From Wickerhamiella versatilis (Eukaryota), in the NCBI GenBank assembly GCA_030867685.1, contig JAQOWU010000007.1:1736001-1800000 (forward strand): 64,000 bases of DNA, in the 5' to 3' direction. The notes beneath the pieces are model-generated. The model made no database searches. It worked only from the letters and a program-made list of their open reading frames with translations, and had not been told where the DNA came from. The stretch's first letter is position 1; the number at the start of each line of letters is the position of its first letter. A program made the position numbers and the translations under genes. This document shows, piece after piece, positions 18,615-28,466 of this stretch.

Positions 18615-20114
18615 CTAAATTTCAAGGTTTGCTAGTGAATCACTAGTCGTTCTACGAGAGGGTTCATGTGAAGCATGAGTATTCTCAGGAAGCAGGATAG
18701 CATCAATGCATCCATATCCAGCCGCAACACCCCCTTCATCGCTTGATTGGAGCTTTGTACGGAGCAACCATCCTGCTTGGGTATTCATGAGTTCCTCTCC
18801 CGATTCCAAGTCCCACAGCACGGTGCCAAAAACTCCAAGCTCATTGACCACATTTCCTGATATCAATTCGCCATCTCTCACAATCTTGTTCGACACCTTG
18901 GGTGTTTGTATAAGCTCCATAAGAGTGTACGCAGACCACTCGTGTTTCGGCATATTCTTCAGAAAGGGCACAATTTTCTCCCTATATACATTGTTACCAC
19001 CACCTTCACGCTGGGGCTTAAGTACAAATCCTTCAGGTTCAGATATAGCCAGCAGTTGACCTTCCAATCCGAGCTCGCTGTCGTCCAGAGGCCACATCTT
19101 GACAAATGTCTTCTCAAGCTGCTCAGCTTTCTCATTGTCAACAAACTGCCGAATAATGTCCGGATGCGTTAAAAGCTCCTGTATTTTCTTGCTTCCTGCG
19201 AGTTGTGTCAGTACAGATGGACACTGGATAGCGTGAGAGGATTCAAGCAATAGCCGGGTCTCCCATTCCATCTCTGATGGATAGTCTGCTGGACTGTAAC
19301 CAGCTCTGTAGTATACTACACTTACAACTTGTCCTCGAGGCAGGTATACTAGTCGGTTATGTTCATCGAGAACAACTTGCCGGGAAATCTGCTCAAACGT
19401 GACACGTCGACCAAGAATTTCATGCTTTTCGAGTAATTCGTATTCTATGAGTTTTTGGTCTATGACATTCGTCTCATCTGGTTGAACAACAAATAAAATC
19501 AATGGCGGCTGAGAATCGTTGGATGTCTTCAGATATGCGTTATGCATGGCTGCCAAACCACTGGCAATTTCTTGAAGAGAAGGAGAAACATTTACATCAC
19601 CATGAACGTAATTCAAGCCATTTTCACACAGAAACCTGTGCAGCTCTGTAACTTTGGTCGAGAGACCGCCAAACGAAACACTTACGGTGTTGAACTCTAC
19701 CTGTTTGATTTGACGCGATTCCTTACTAGCGCTGAGCTCATGAACCAAGTAGTCTGATCGGAAAATGCCGCCTGTAAGCTTCTGTGTTCGCTTGGGCAGT
19801 GATTTCTCAAAAATTTCAATGAGGTTTCTGGTGAATTGATCATACTTGGCCGTCCCCCTTAGCTGCTCGATCACCCAGTTCGAGTCATTTATTACCGAAT
19901 GATAGAGTGCATTGTACAATGTTTGGATTTCGAGACCCAACGAAAGTCCCGACCGGCTAAATGGCGACGGGTACATAGTCACTGGCAGAGCTTTGGCAAT
20001 ACCCGGACGTTCACCCTGTAGTACTACACCATGAGCTAGCTCCCAGTCCTCAATTCCAGCTTTCAGGTGCTTTTCTTGCCACTCACCTGGACTTGGAGGG
20101 AATCTGACCAGCAT
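18615..20114 (-). CDS. GSH2: Glutathione synthetase (eukaryotic type)
   Basis: GIFRSDYL, KQVEFNTVSVSFGG, YYRAGYSP.DY, QLAGSKKIQ, FVLKPQREGGGNN, LRTK...EGGVAAGYG. Confidence 0.97.
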   Translation of the reverse strand: MLVRFPPSPGEWQEKHLKAGIEDWELAHGVVLQGERPGIAKALPVTMYPSPFSRSGLSLGLEIQTLYNALYHSVINDSNWVIEQLRGTAKYDQFTRNLIEIFEKSLPKRTQKLTGGIFRSDYLVHELSASKESRQIKQVEFNTVSVSFGGLSTKVTELHRFLCENGLNYVHGDVNVSPSLQEIASGLAAMHNAYLKTSNDSQPPLILFVVQPDETNVIDQKLIEYELLEKHEILGRRVTFEQISRQVVLDEHNRLVYLPRGQVVSVVYYRAGYSPADYPSEMEWETRLLLESSHAIQCPSVLTQLAGSKKIQELLTHPDIIRQFVDNEKAEQLEKTFVKMWPLDDSELGLEGQLLAISEPEGFVLKPQREGGGNNVYREKIVPFLKNMPKHEWSAYTLMELIQTPKVSNKIVRDGELISGNVVNELGVFGTVLWDLESGEELMNTQAGWLLRTKLQSSDEGGVAAGYGCIDAILLPENTHASHEPSRRTTSDSLANLEI

Positions 20115-20203
20115 GTGTGTGACTAATCACATTTCGACTATTGCATCACCGATTAATATGACCCAAAAACGACTTTTTACTTAAATGCTTGAAAAGAATT
20201 AAC

Positions 20204-21649
20204 TTATAAATTGGCTAGTCGTGTACGAACCTTTTCTACCAATTCATCGACAGATACATCTTCACCACTATCAGCCTGTTCACCTTGTCCAAGCTGCTTG
20301 ACCTTTACAAGCCCGCGCTTATATTCGTCCTGTCCAAGGATGACAGAGAGTGGGCAACCACTACGCTCCGCTGCTTCAAATTGCTTCTGTAGCTTTGGTT
20401 TGGCCTTGTAGATATATTCAGCCTCAATTCCGGCATCCCAAAGACGTTTGGCGACAGCCATACGTTCTGGCAAAAATCCTGTCCAATCAGGACCACCACC
20501 AAATGCCATTATAAAGACCTGCGTTGAAGTGGGACGGAGGTGGTTATAAATGCCTGCCTGCTTGATGATACTGAAGAGACGTTCTACCCCGAAACTAATC
20601 CCCACGCAAGGAATATCACCGTTCTTTCTCGTGGAGAACATACCAACAAGCTTATCATAGCGGCCCCCTGCAGATACGCTACCGACGCCAACATTCTCAC
20701 TATTATCATCGTCCTCAGTCTTTTTCGGTTTAGATGCCGTCTTAGTGGTCGAATCAGGGGGGGCTGAAGCCGCAGTGACAACTTCGTAAATGAGTCCCGT
20801 GTAGTAGTCGAGACCACGTGCAAGTGAAAGATCAAAGCTAAGCTTTGGAGTGACGCCAAATGCATCAACGTACGGAAGCAAAATCTTCATATCTTCAATA
20901 CCCTCACTAGCCCTTGGGTTAGTGACCAACTCAGACTCGCTAAGCTTCGAAATCATTTCCGGTAGAGAGCCCTTTTGTCTAACAAATTCACCAATTTTAT
21001 CTGCAACGTTAGGATCAAGACCCTTCTCTTCAGTCATTTCTTTCCGGACATCCTCCCAGGGTGATTTGTCCAGCTTGTCTACAGCACTGCTAATCGTACG
21101 CACCTTTTCTTCAGGAACACCACAGAACGTGAATATTCCGTCGAGTATTTTTCGATTATTGATCTTAATTGTGTATCCAGGTATCTTGAGCTCATCAAGG
21201 ACCTCCGTTGCGATGGCCAGGCACTCAGCATCGGGAACCATCCTGTCAAACTGACCCGCGATGTCAAAGTCGCATTGATAAAATTCACGCATTCTACCCT
21301 TCGTCATAGCAGGTTGGTCACGTCGGTAGACTTTAGCAATGTGATACCGCTTGATCGATTGCAAATTATTCATGGCTACAAATCTTGCGAAAGGAACAGT
21401 GAGATCATATCGAAGTGACGTGATTTCGCCTCCCTGATCTTCCAAATTGTAGATGAGTTTCGAATCTTCACCATACTTTCCAGCAAGAATCTCACGCAGC
21501 TCAAATACAGGAGTATCAATAGTCACACCTCCGTGGCGCCTAAAAATATCGGTGATAGTATCAAACATCCTTTGTCGAATCACCATATCCTTATCGGCCC
21601 AGTCTTTGGTACCTTTCGGCGTCTTAAGCGTGAACTTCTTCGAGCTCAT
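20204..21649 (-). CDS. HTS1: Histidyl-tRNA synthetase
   Basis: [53 protein letters not shown]. First ATG at 21649. Confidence 0.98.
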   Translation of the reverse strand: MSSKKFTLKTPKGTKDWADKDMVIRQRMFDTITDIFRRHGGVTIDTPVFELREILAGKYGEDSKLIYNLEDQGGEITSLRYDLTVPFARFVAMNNLQSIKRYHIAKVYRRDQPAMTKGRMREFYQCDFDIAGQFDRMVPDAECLAIATEVLDELKIPGYTIKINNRKILDGIFTFCGVPEEKVRTISSAVDKLDKSPWEDVRKEMTEEKGLDPNVADKIGEFVRQKGSLPEMISKLSESELVTNPRASEGIEDMKILLPYVDAFGVTPKLSFDLSLARGLDYYTGLIYEVVTAASAPPDSTTKTASKPKKTEDDDNSENVGVGSVSAGGRYDKLVGMFSTRKNGDIPCVGISFGVERLFSIIKQAGIYNHLRPTSTQVFIMAFGGGPDWTGFLPERMAVAKRLWDAGIEAEYIYKAKPKLQKQFEAAERSGCPLSVILGQDEYKRGLVKVKQLGQGEQADSGEDVSVDELVEKVRTRLANL

Positions 21650-21859
21650 TTCTCTCACAAACTTTCGAATAATTTTGTCAGCAGTGTAATTAGGCTAGGC
21701 TCTTTATTCTTCAAGTGTAACCTTTTGCACCAAGATTCCCACAATAACAGCTAAATTAGTTTTTTATCGTGTTCCCAATTCACCGAACAAAGTCTTTTAG
21801 ACTAGAAATTGCAGCTAATAGTGAAGATCGGGCTGAACTCTCTATTACTTAAGCAAGGC

Positions 21860-22921
21860 ATGGATGTTGTCCACAGTCTAATTCGGCAGGTAGTGAGGGG
21901 ATTTTACGACGTCCGAGCAGTCCTTATTGTAGATGCTTTGCTCATGCATCATGTCCTTAGTGATAGGGAGCTGAGTACTCTTATAGGTATTCCAGCAAAG
22001 GATATGAGAGCCATATGTGCTCGACTCAAGGATGACCACCTTATCCAGGATGCGAGTCGTAAGGAGGAGACAGCTGGTTCGTATCAGCGTAATTTCGTCC
22101 AAACATTTTATTATATCCACTTTACCGAAGCAGTTGATGCTATAAAGTGGAAAATGCATTTTATAGAGAACAAACTTCGAGAGGAAATGGATGCGCAGCA
22201 CAACCCACAGGACTGGGTTTGTGATGTTTGCAAGACAAGATACAATGTACTCGATGCTGTTTCTCTTCTGGATCCAATGGAAAATATCTTTAAATGCGAG
22301 GTTTGTGGTAATCAATTGAGAGAAGATGAGGGTCCTCCTACGGAAGAAGGATCATCAGCACAAGACAAAATGGAAGGGTTAATGGTCCAGCTGAAGCCAC
22401 TGATTGGTATCCTCAAGAAGATAGATGACCTCAGTATACCTGAGAATACCTTTGACAGTGAATTGAACCAAGCAATTCCTCTGCCATCACCAGAGCCAGA
22501 GCAGCCCACTGGAGCTGGGATTACTCCACAGCAGCCGGCTAAAGGTGATGACCTGGTCGTTGCAGGTTCTGCTGCTTCACGTCTACCGCAGGCAGTGCAG
22601 TCGAGCTTCCAGGTTCACATCACATCAGATGGTGAGCAGGCAGCACAGGAAGCAAGCCAGCAACGCGAGAAACAGCGACTTAAGGAAGAAAATGCACTTC
22701 CTGAATGGCACCGTGCTTCCACAGTTGAAAGTAAAGGCAGTACTGTGAAACGAGATCCAGATGCCGTTAAGCCCGAGCTCACATCTGCGGAAGAAAAGCC
22801 TAACGAAGGTACTAATGTGGAAAATGAAATGGATGAGTTCTACCGTAAACTTGAGGCTCAGCAACAAGATCAGCCAGAAGAAGAAGCTGAGGATGATGAT
22901 TTCCAGGACATCGATGTGTGA
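21860..22921 (+). CDS. TFA1: TFIIE large (alpha) subunit
   Basis: LIRQVVRGFY, YYIHF..AVDAIKWK, Zn ribbon CDVC..CEVC, NALPEWH, acidic tail DFQDI. First ATG at 21860. Confidence 0.95.
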   Translation: MDVVHSLIRQVVRGFYDVRAVLIVDALLMHHVLSDRELSTLIGIPAKDMRAICARLKDDHLIQDASRKEETAGSYQRNFVQTFYYIHFTEAVDAIKWKMHFIENKLREEMDAQHNPQDWVCDVCKTRYNVLDAVSLLDPMENIFKCEVCGNQLREDEGPPTEEGSSAQDKMEGLMVQLKPLIGILKKIDDLSIPENTFDSELNQAIPLPSPEPEQPTGAGITPQQPAKGDDLVVAGSAASRLPQAVQSSFQVHITSDGEQAAQEASQQREKQRLKEENALPEWHRASTVESKGSTVKRDPDAVKPELTSAEEKPNEGTNVENEMDEFYRKLEAQQQDQPEEEAEDDDFQDIDV

Positions 22922-23141
22922 AAATTTCCCGATTAAATGCTCTATGTAAAGGGTTTAACCGCTAAACGTTGATGTGTCTATGCATAAAAATAATATTGTT
23001 TACTACATTAATAAATTGTTGAAGATATAACGAATCACTTCGCAGGACTACCCAGGAAATAAATGAATTGAGATTAAAAGGCTGACGGTTGTGCAAAGGC
23101 ATAAATGCAATATATCAAGGAGATTTTTCTTAAGAAACCAA

Positions 23142-24311
23142 TTAATCAAATTTCATCTTTTTTCCAGCAAAAGATATGTTCTTCTGCTGCTCTTCATGCT
23201 GCCGCCTAGCTTCCCATGATGGATGCAGAGGTTGTGCAGCCTCTTGTTTTTTGTTTAACTGAGCCTTTTGCCAACGCTCACGCTTTAACTCGCGTTGCCT
23301 GCGTCTCTCCTCCTTCTCCAGTTTCTGCTGCTCTTCTTCTTTGTGAGCTTTGACAACGTGATTGGCCCGTTTTCCGTATCTTCTCTCCCAAATTTGGCGC
23401 CTTGCACGCTGGCCTCGTCTATTTTTGCGCTGTGGTTTCAATTCAGGAGGGTCATCTTCGACTTCGCTATCATCAGATCCCGATATGTACCCAGCTTGAA
23501 AAGTTGGAAGTTGAGGAAGATCTTCCTCAAAAAATGCGTCGTCCGCAGCACCATTATCACCATCACTGCCATCTATGCCATCTATGCCAATTTCTTTTTC
23601 TTGGGTGTCTACTGGCTGCTGCTCAGCTTTGGTGGTGTCGTTATTTTCCTTCTGTGTATCTTTTTCTGCAGATACATGTGACAAATTAGATGTTGAAGGT
23701 GAGCTATCATTTGTATTTTGCTGTGACGGCTCGGTATTCTTACTAGTCCCTTGGTCTTCATCCTCATTTTTCGGTGCTTCTTCAGTTTCCTTTGTCTCCC
23801 CCCAGATTTCACCTAGAACCTGAGACAATTTCTCAATCGCTTCACGCACAGTTTCCTTATTGGTAAAGCGCGAATAAAAATTGTTCTCCGTTGTGTTTAA
23901 CGGTCTTTTTTCTGGAAATCCTAGCTTTTCTGGAAACTTTTTCTGTAGCATGCGGCGGACAAAATCTTCGTTGGATAATTCAAATCCTTTGACCGTCTCA
24001 AGCTGTTCTGCCAGCTTTTGGGGTTCCGATGCATTACGAAGGCGTTTTCCTAGTTTCAAGACCTCAGTGGATTTAAACTGCTTCAGCAATCGTCGAATAA
24101 TATTGGCAGTATGATGAATCTTGCGATCGGCAAGTTCTTTTCTTACTTGCTCTATTTCCAACTCTAAGGCCTGAGGATCAGCTGTTCCAGGAGTTTTCTT
24201 GACCAGAAACTTCGTGGTATTTAGCTTCCTTTTCACCTTTTCATGGCGAGCCCGAGCCAAACGAGCTTCCAAAACATCTAATTTCAAGCGGAGATTATCC
24301 CGCGATGGCAT
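23142..24311 (-). CDS. BUD22: Ribosome biogenesis protein Bud22 / SRFBP1 family
   Basis: LP...GYISGSD, RKNRRGQRARRQIWERRYG..ANH, LHPSWEA, FAGKKMKFD. Confidence 0.93.
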   Translation of the reverse strand: MPSRDNLRLKLDVLEARLARARHEKVKRKLNTTKFLVKKTPGTADPQALELEIEQVRKELADRKIHHTANIIRRLLKQFKSTEVLKLGKRLRNASEPQKLAEQLETVKGFELSNEDFVRRMLQKKFPEKLGFPEKRPLNTTENNFYSRFTNKETVREAIEKLSQVLGEIWGETKETEEAPKNEDEDQGTSKNTEPSQQNTNDSSPSTSNLSHVSAEKDTQKENNDTTKAEQQPVDTQEKEIGIDGIDGSDGDNGAADDAFFEEDLPQLPTFQAGYISGSDDSEVEDDPPELKPQRKNRRGQRARRQIWERRYGKRANHVVKAHKEEEQQKLEKEERRRQRELKRERWQKAQLNKKQEAAQPLHPSWEARRQHEEQQKNISFAGKKMKFD

Positions 24312-24451
24312 TATGTAATCTTTTTACAAGCGCAAACTGCATTATTATAAGTGAGATTATATTTTGTGTTAGTCCAATGTGGGATACCCAATATTTATCA
24401 GAATTTTGCTTTGCTATTAAATAAACTATTAACGAGGGAATATTGCAGAAA

Positions 24452-25996
24452 TTAAGCGGATAGCTCGTCGACTCTCTCTGTAGCATTCTTCTTTGGCTCC
24501 AACTCGGGAGATCTCGAAGCAGCATCTGAAGAGTAAACCTCTTCAACATCTGTTATTTCAGGGAACAAATGACCATAACCCTTCTCTAACATGTACTTCT
24601 TAAAACGGACATCTTCCAAAGCCAGATCGTCGTCGCGGAGATGAGGAATGAACAAGAACGTTACGATCATACCTGCAAGACCACAAAGTGCGGCAATGAT
24701 AAATGTCCATTCTTTACCAATATTGTTCTGGATTGGCTTGAATGCTTGAGTGCCGACGGCGCCACCAGCTTTACCGAATGCCGCACTGAGCCCATACAGC
24801 GTACCTCGGACAGGTGTCGCATACGATTCGCTCGATGCCAATCCAACAATATCTCCAGGTCCAAGGTTACCACATGACTGGAACAGTCCATAGAAAACCA
24901 CGAATAAAGGTACGATCTTCTTCATCTTATCGAAAGAGCAGCCAACAATCAAGCCAAATATCAGGTATCCTCCAAACCCTATAAGCATAGTCCACTTCCG
25001 GCCAATTCGGTCAGCCAAAAAAGCACCAACAAAAACACCAGGAATTGCAATAGCTCCGAGGAGAAGTTGCCATTCCATAGTAGTTTTAATATCGTTCACC
25101 ATATTGTTATTGTCATATGGGTTCTGTACTTGTTTGTTAACAAGTGAGGAAATGATTGTGGCTGAAAAAATACCATTAGGAAAGGTAATAAAGTCATAAA
25201 GGAACCAACCACCGCATGTTCCAAGCAGCCTCCTCCAGTAGAAGCGTACAACCAAGTGCCAGGGGATTTTCCAGTTCATGAAACGACTCTCAGTAAACAT
25301 CTTGGAGGCTGCCATTTTTAGACGGAACAATAATATAAAAACAGGCCAGATGCATCCTATACCGAAACATACACGCCATATAGTGGACAGGTGTGCATAC
25401 CCAGACGCTGCTTCCCATACAATGAGGAACACCACGATACAAAAGGGACCACCAAGGGCAAGAGGTAGGTTTGTCACTAGAATGAATGCACCACCTCGGC
25501 GCTTGACGGACTCATTGGCTCCTTCTGAGGCAGCCGCAGATGCAACCGGATACTCACCGCCAGTCGCGAACCCAATCACACCTCGGAAGACGATTATCAT
25601 CCAGAACATACCTGTTGTCGTTTTACCATGCGCGGCCGTGGCCAAAATTCCACCAACTATCATCAATACTGACGTGAAAATCATGGACTTCTTGCGGCCC
25701 ATGAAATCACAAATAAGTCCCATGGACAACATACCAAGAATCTCACCCACGAGAAGCGAATTGGATACACGCGTAGACAATGTACCATTATAAACCGGAT
25801 CGCCCTTGTCATCAAAGTACTCCTGTTTGAACAACACGTTGGCGGCTGTCATCAAATTGTTTTGGTAACCGTCACACATCAAGCCTACGCCAGCAGCGAC
25901 AATTGCGAATATAGACTTAGCTGAGGACTTAACCACACGCCGCTGCGTGGTTTCGGGCGGAGCCTCTTTCTCTACTAGACCTCCAAGAAATGCCAT
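24452..25996 (-). CDS. GIT1: MFS glycerophosphodiester (glycerophosphoinositol/-choline) permease
   Basis: 12-TM MFS; DGYQNN, CDFMGRK, GGEYP, WFLYDFITFPNGIFS, GNLGPG, ESYATPVRGT.YGLSAAFGK. Confidence 0.88.
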   Translation of the reverse strand: MAFLGGLVEKEAPPETTQRRVVKSSAKSIFAIVAAGVGLMCDGYQNNLMTAANVLFKQEYFDDKGDPVYNGTLSTRVSNSLLVGEILGMLSMGLICDFMGRKKSMIFTSVLMIVGGILATAAHGKTTTGMFWMIIVFRGVIGFATGGEYPVASAAASEGANESVKRRGGAFILVTNLPLALGGPFCIVVFLIVWEAASGYAHLSTIWRVCFGIGCIWPVFILLFRLKMAASKMFTESRFMNWKIPWHLVVRFYWRRLLGTCGGWFLYDFITFPNGIFSATIISSLVNKQVQNPYDNNNMVNDIKTTMEWQLLLGAIAIPGVFVGAFLADRIGRKWTMLIGFGGYLIFGLIVGCSFDKMKKIVPLFVVFYGLFQSCGNLGPGDIVGLASSESYATPVRGTLYGLSAAFGKAGGAVGTQAFKPIQNNIGKEWTFIIAALCGLAGMIVTFLFIPHLRDDDLALEDVRFKKYMLEKGYGHLFPEITDVEEVYSSDAASRSPELEPKKNATERVDELSA

Positions 25997-26066
25997 CCCT
26001 TCTGGTCTCGAAGAATGTCCAGTCAGAGTAATATATCTCGACCAAGTAGGGTTAGGATGTGATCAG

Positions 26067-26277
26067 CACGTGGTGGCCATCTAATTAGTATGGTGCAGAG
26101 GTCCTAAGGAGGAAAGGAACTCTATGGGAAAAAGCTAGCCTGTAGAAAGAGCGGCATTTTCCAGGCACATACCCTTTTGATAGGTATCCCTTGAATCGTG
26201 ACCGTCGATACCGCTGATCAGTAGATTAGATTTTAGAAAATGGCGGGGTAAGGGCCAGAAGTAATTTAACCCACGTG
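26067..26277. promoter_or_regulatory. Two Pho4-type E-boxes in the GIT1 / lyase divergent promoter
   Basis: gCACGTGg at 26067-26072 and cCACGTGc at 26272-26277; neither has the 5' T preferred by Cbf1. Confidence 0.55.
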
Positions 26278-26429
26278 CCAGTTAGTCTTGACATTAAATA
26301 TCACGCGACATCAAAGTGCTTTCATAATCCAACCAGTCTCAGGTAGAATGAAGTAGAGCCATGTAGCGCGACCTGTAAATCGGTGTGATACTGATATATG
26401 AGAGCGAGGCGAGGCTGGATAGATATCTA

Positions 26430-27695
26430 ATGACTAATCGCACGCGATTCGGCAAGCCATTAAGGGAGGCACACTGGACATTCGCGCCAGGAGTGGTCAA
26501 TCTCAACCACGGCTCGTATGGAGCGGCACCAAAAGATGTGCTAGAGGCTCAGTCAAAGGCGCTATATGATTCCGTTGGTTTTCCTGACAAGTTCATTCGT
26601 CAACAACACTATGGAATCTCCATGGCTGCCCGTAGAGAACTTTCACATGTTCTTGATGCGGATGTCGACAATCTGACTCTGTGTGTTAATGCGACCACCG
26701 CCCTCAATGCCGTCATACGTAGTTACCCTTTTGCCCGAGGTGATAAGGTCCTGAAATTCACGACGATCTACGGCTCAATTGATAACACCTTACGCATGAT
26801 GAATGAGAAATTTGGGCTGGGTATCGCGGAAATTCGTCTAGACTACAGCGGGGATCCGCCGTCGTTCGAGGCAATTGCCAGTATGTTGGCGGCTAAGCTC
26901 GAGGAGGATAGCAGTATACGCATGGCAATCTTCGATGTTGTGACATCCCAACCCGGAGTTAGATTTCCATTCGAACGCTGCGTTGAGGTTTGTAGGCAGC
27001 ATAATGTACTTTCCTGTGTTGATGGTGCCCATTGCATAGGTTTGGTAGATGTCTCACTTCGGAATGTGAGACCAGACTTCTTTACATCGAATGCACATAA
27101 ATGGTTCCTCTCTTCTCGTTCTGTCGCCGCCTTATACGTGGATCCTGCCCACCACAAAGCCATAAACAGTCTCCCGGTCTCGGCGATCTATTATCCAGCG
27201 TCGCAGAAGTTATCACCGGACAAGGAGAAAACACGCCTTGCCGATACATTCGACTATGTTGGCACAGCTGACCATAGCGCGGTTCAGTCGCTGCCCGCCG
27301 CAGCTAAATTTCGGCGCGAAGTACTGGGTGGTGAAAACGAGATTCTAAGTTACCAACGAGAATTGAGTCAGAAAGCTGCATCTTATCTATGTAAAGAGCT
27401 TAATACGAAAGAAGTGGGCGACTATGGCATTGAGTACAGAACTGCGATATTCACTTTGCTCTACCCCGAGCAACCACCTGAAAAAGATCATCCAAGGTTA
27501 CAAGAATTTGTTGAAAGCTATATGATGGACAAGTGGCTAACACATATACCTGTTTCAAGCTACAATGGTGTAATATATATAAGATTTTCTGCTGCTGTAT
27601 ATCTCGATATGGACGACTTTAAGTATGGTGCGAAGATCGTGAAGGATTGTCTGGCTGCGTGGCGAAAGAAAATCTCCCAATGTCGCGTTCAGTAG
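26430..27695 (+). CDS. PLP-dependent class V aminotransferase / C-S lyase, Egt2 (hercynylcysteine sulfoxide lyase)-like
   Basis: NLNHGSYGA, VNATTALN, VDGAH, DFFTSNAHKW (PLP lysine), FDYVGT.D, IRFSAAVY. First ATG at 26430. Confidence 0.85.
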   Translation: MTNRTRFGKPLREAHWTFAPGVVNLNHGSYGAAPKDVLEAQSKALYDSVGFPDKFIRQQHYGISMAARRELSHVLDADVDNLTLCVNATTALNAVIRSYPFARGDKVLKFTTIYGSIDNTLRMMNEKFGLGIAEIRLDYSGDPPSFEAIASMLAAKLEEDSSIRMAIFDVVTSQPGVRFPFERCVEVCRQHNVLSCVDGAHCIGLVDVSLRNVRPDFFTSNAHKWFLSSRSVAALYVDPAHHKAINSLPVSAIYYPASQKLSPDKEKTRLADTFDYVGTADHSAVQSLPAAAKFRREVLGGENEILSYQRELSQKAASYLCKELNTKEVGDYGIEYRTAIFTLLYPEQPPEKDHPRLQEFVESYMMDKWLTHIPVSSYNGVIYIRFSAAVYLDMDDFKYGAKIVKDCLAAWRKKISQCRVQ

Positions 27696-27936
27696 GACTG
27701 CTTTCTGCCCAATCGAATCGAAATCTATAGCAAAGAACCTAATCTAGTACGTGGAATACATTCACCACTCGAGAATGCTTAATGCAAGATAGCCCAGTAT
27801 CTCGGCATTTAGTCAGTACATCAACTTTAACTTTATGCACTATATCACTACCAAGTTAATGTATTTCCCTATGTACCACATGAATAATTCCAAAGAGCTA
27901 ATTGAAACTAATTTAGTACGAGTCTGGAATTCTCTT

Positions 27937-28318
27937 CTTATCCAGAAAGAGTAGTTCTCGGGAGAAATTACAACTTGCAGTGTATTCGCTCAAAAGAGTA
28001 ACTGAGGCTTTATGACAAATGCGAAAATCGCCCAGAGTAGACGGATTATCGGGAATTTTACTCGGGTAGGTAATACCGTGATATGTTCGAGCAAAGTTAG
28101 CCGGAAATTTTTTTGACCATATTCGCCGATAGAAGCTTCATATATTCCATTTGAGCTATGTCTTCACACTGCAAAACACATCTTTCGTGCTGTAGCATAC
28201 CCTTACCACTTGAGATAAAATAGCGCTTTGTAATGATAAGAAACGTCCTTTGCCTGAGCGGGGTAGCAAGCTGGCTTCGGGCTTTATGGTCCTATAAGCT
28301 TCCAATATTCCCCTTATC
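27937..28318. promoter_or_regulatory. GATA-site cluster upstream of permease 1 (nitrogen catabolite repression type)
   Basis: CTTATC 27937, GATAA 28214, GATAAG 28235, CTTATC 28313. Confidence 0.45.
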
Positions 28319-28466
28319 TTTAAATAATACGGACTTCTATCGGCAAGTAGTGATTCTGCTACATGTGTTTAAATTTTATGTGTGTGTATGTGTGATGTCA
28401 GCGAGGCCTTATATAAACTAACATCAAACATTCTTAGTCTTCAACAAGTCTATCTCCTCTTTCCAA

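Noticed and set aside
15177-20114. GLO2 and GSH2 as a glutathione gene cluster
   Set aside because: Three unrelated genes lie between them and I saw no shared motif; probably coincidence.
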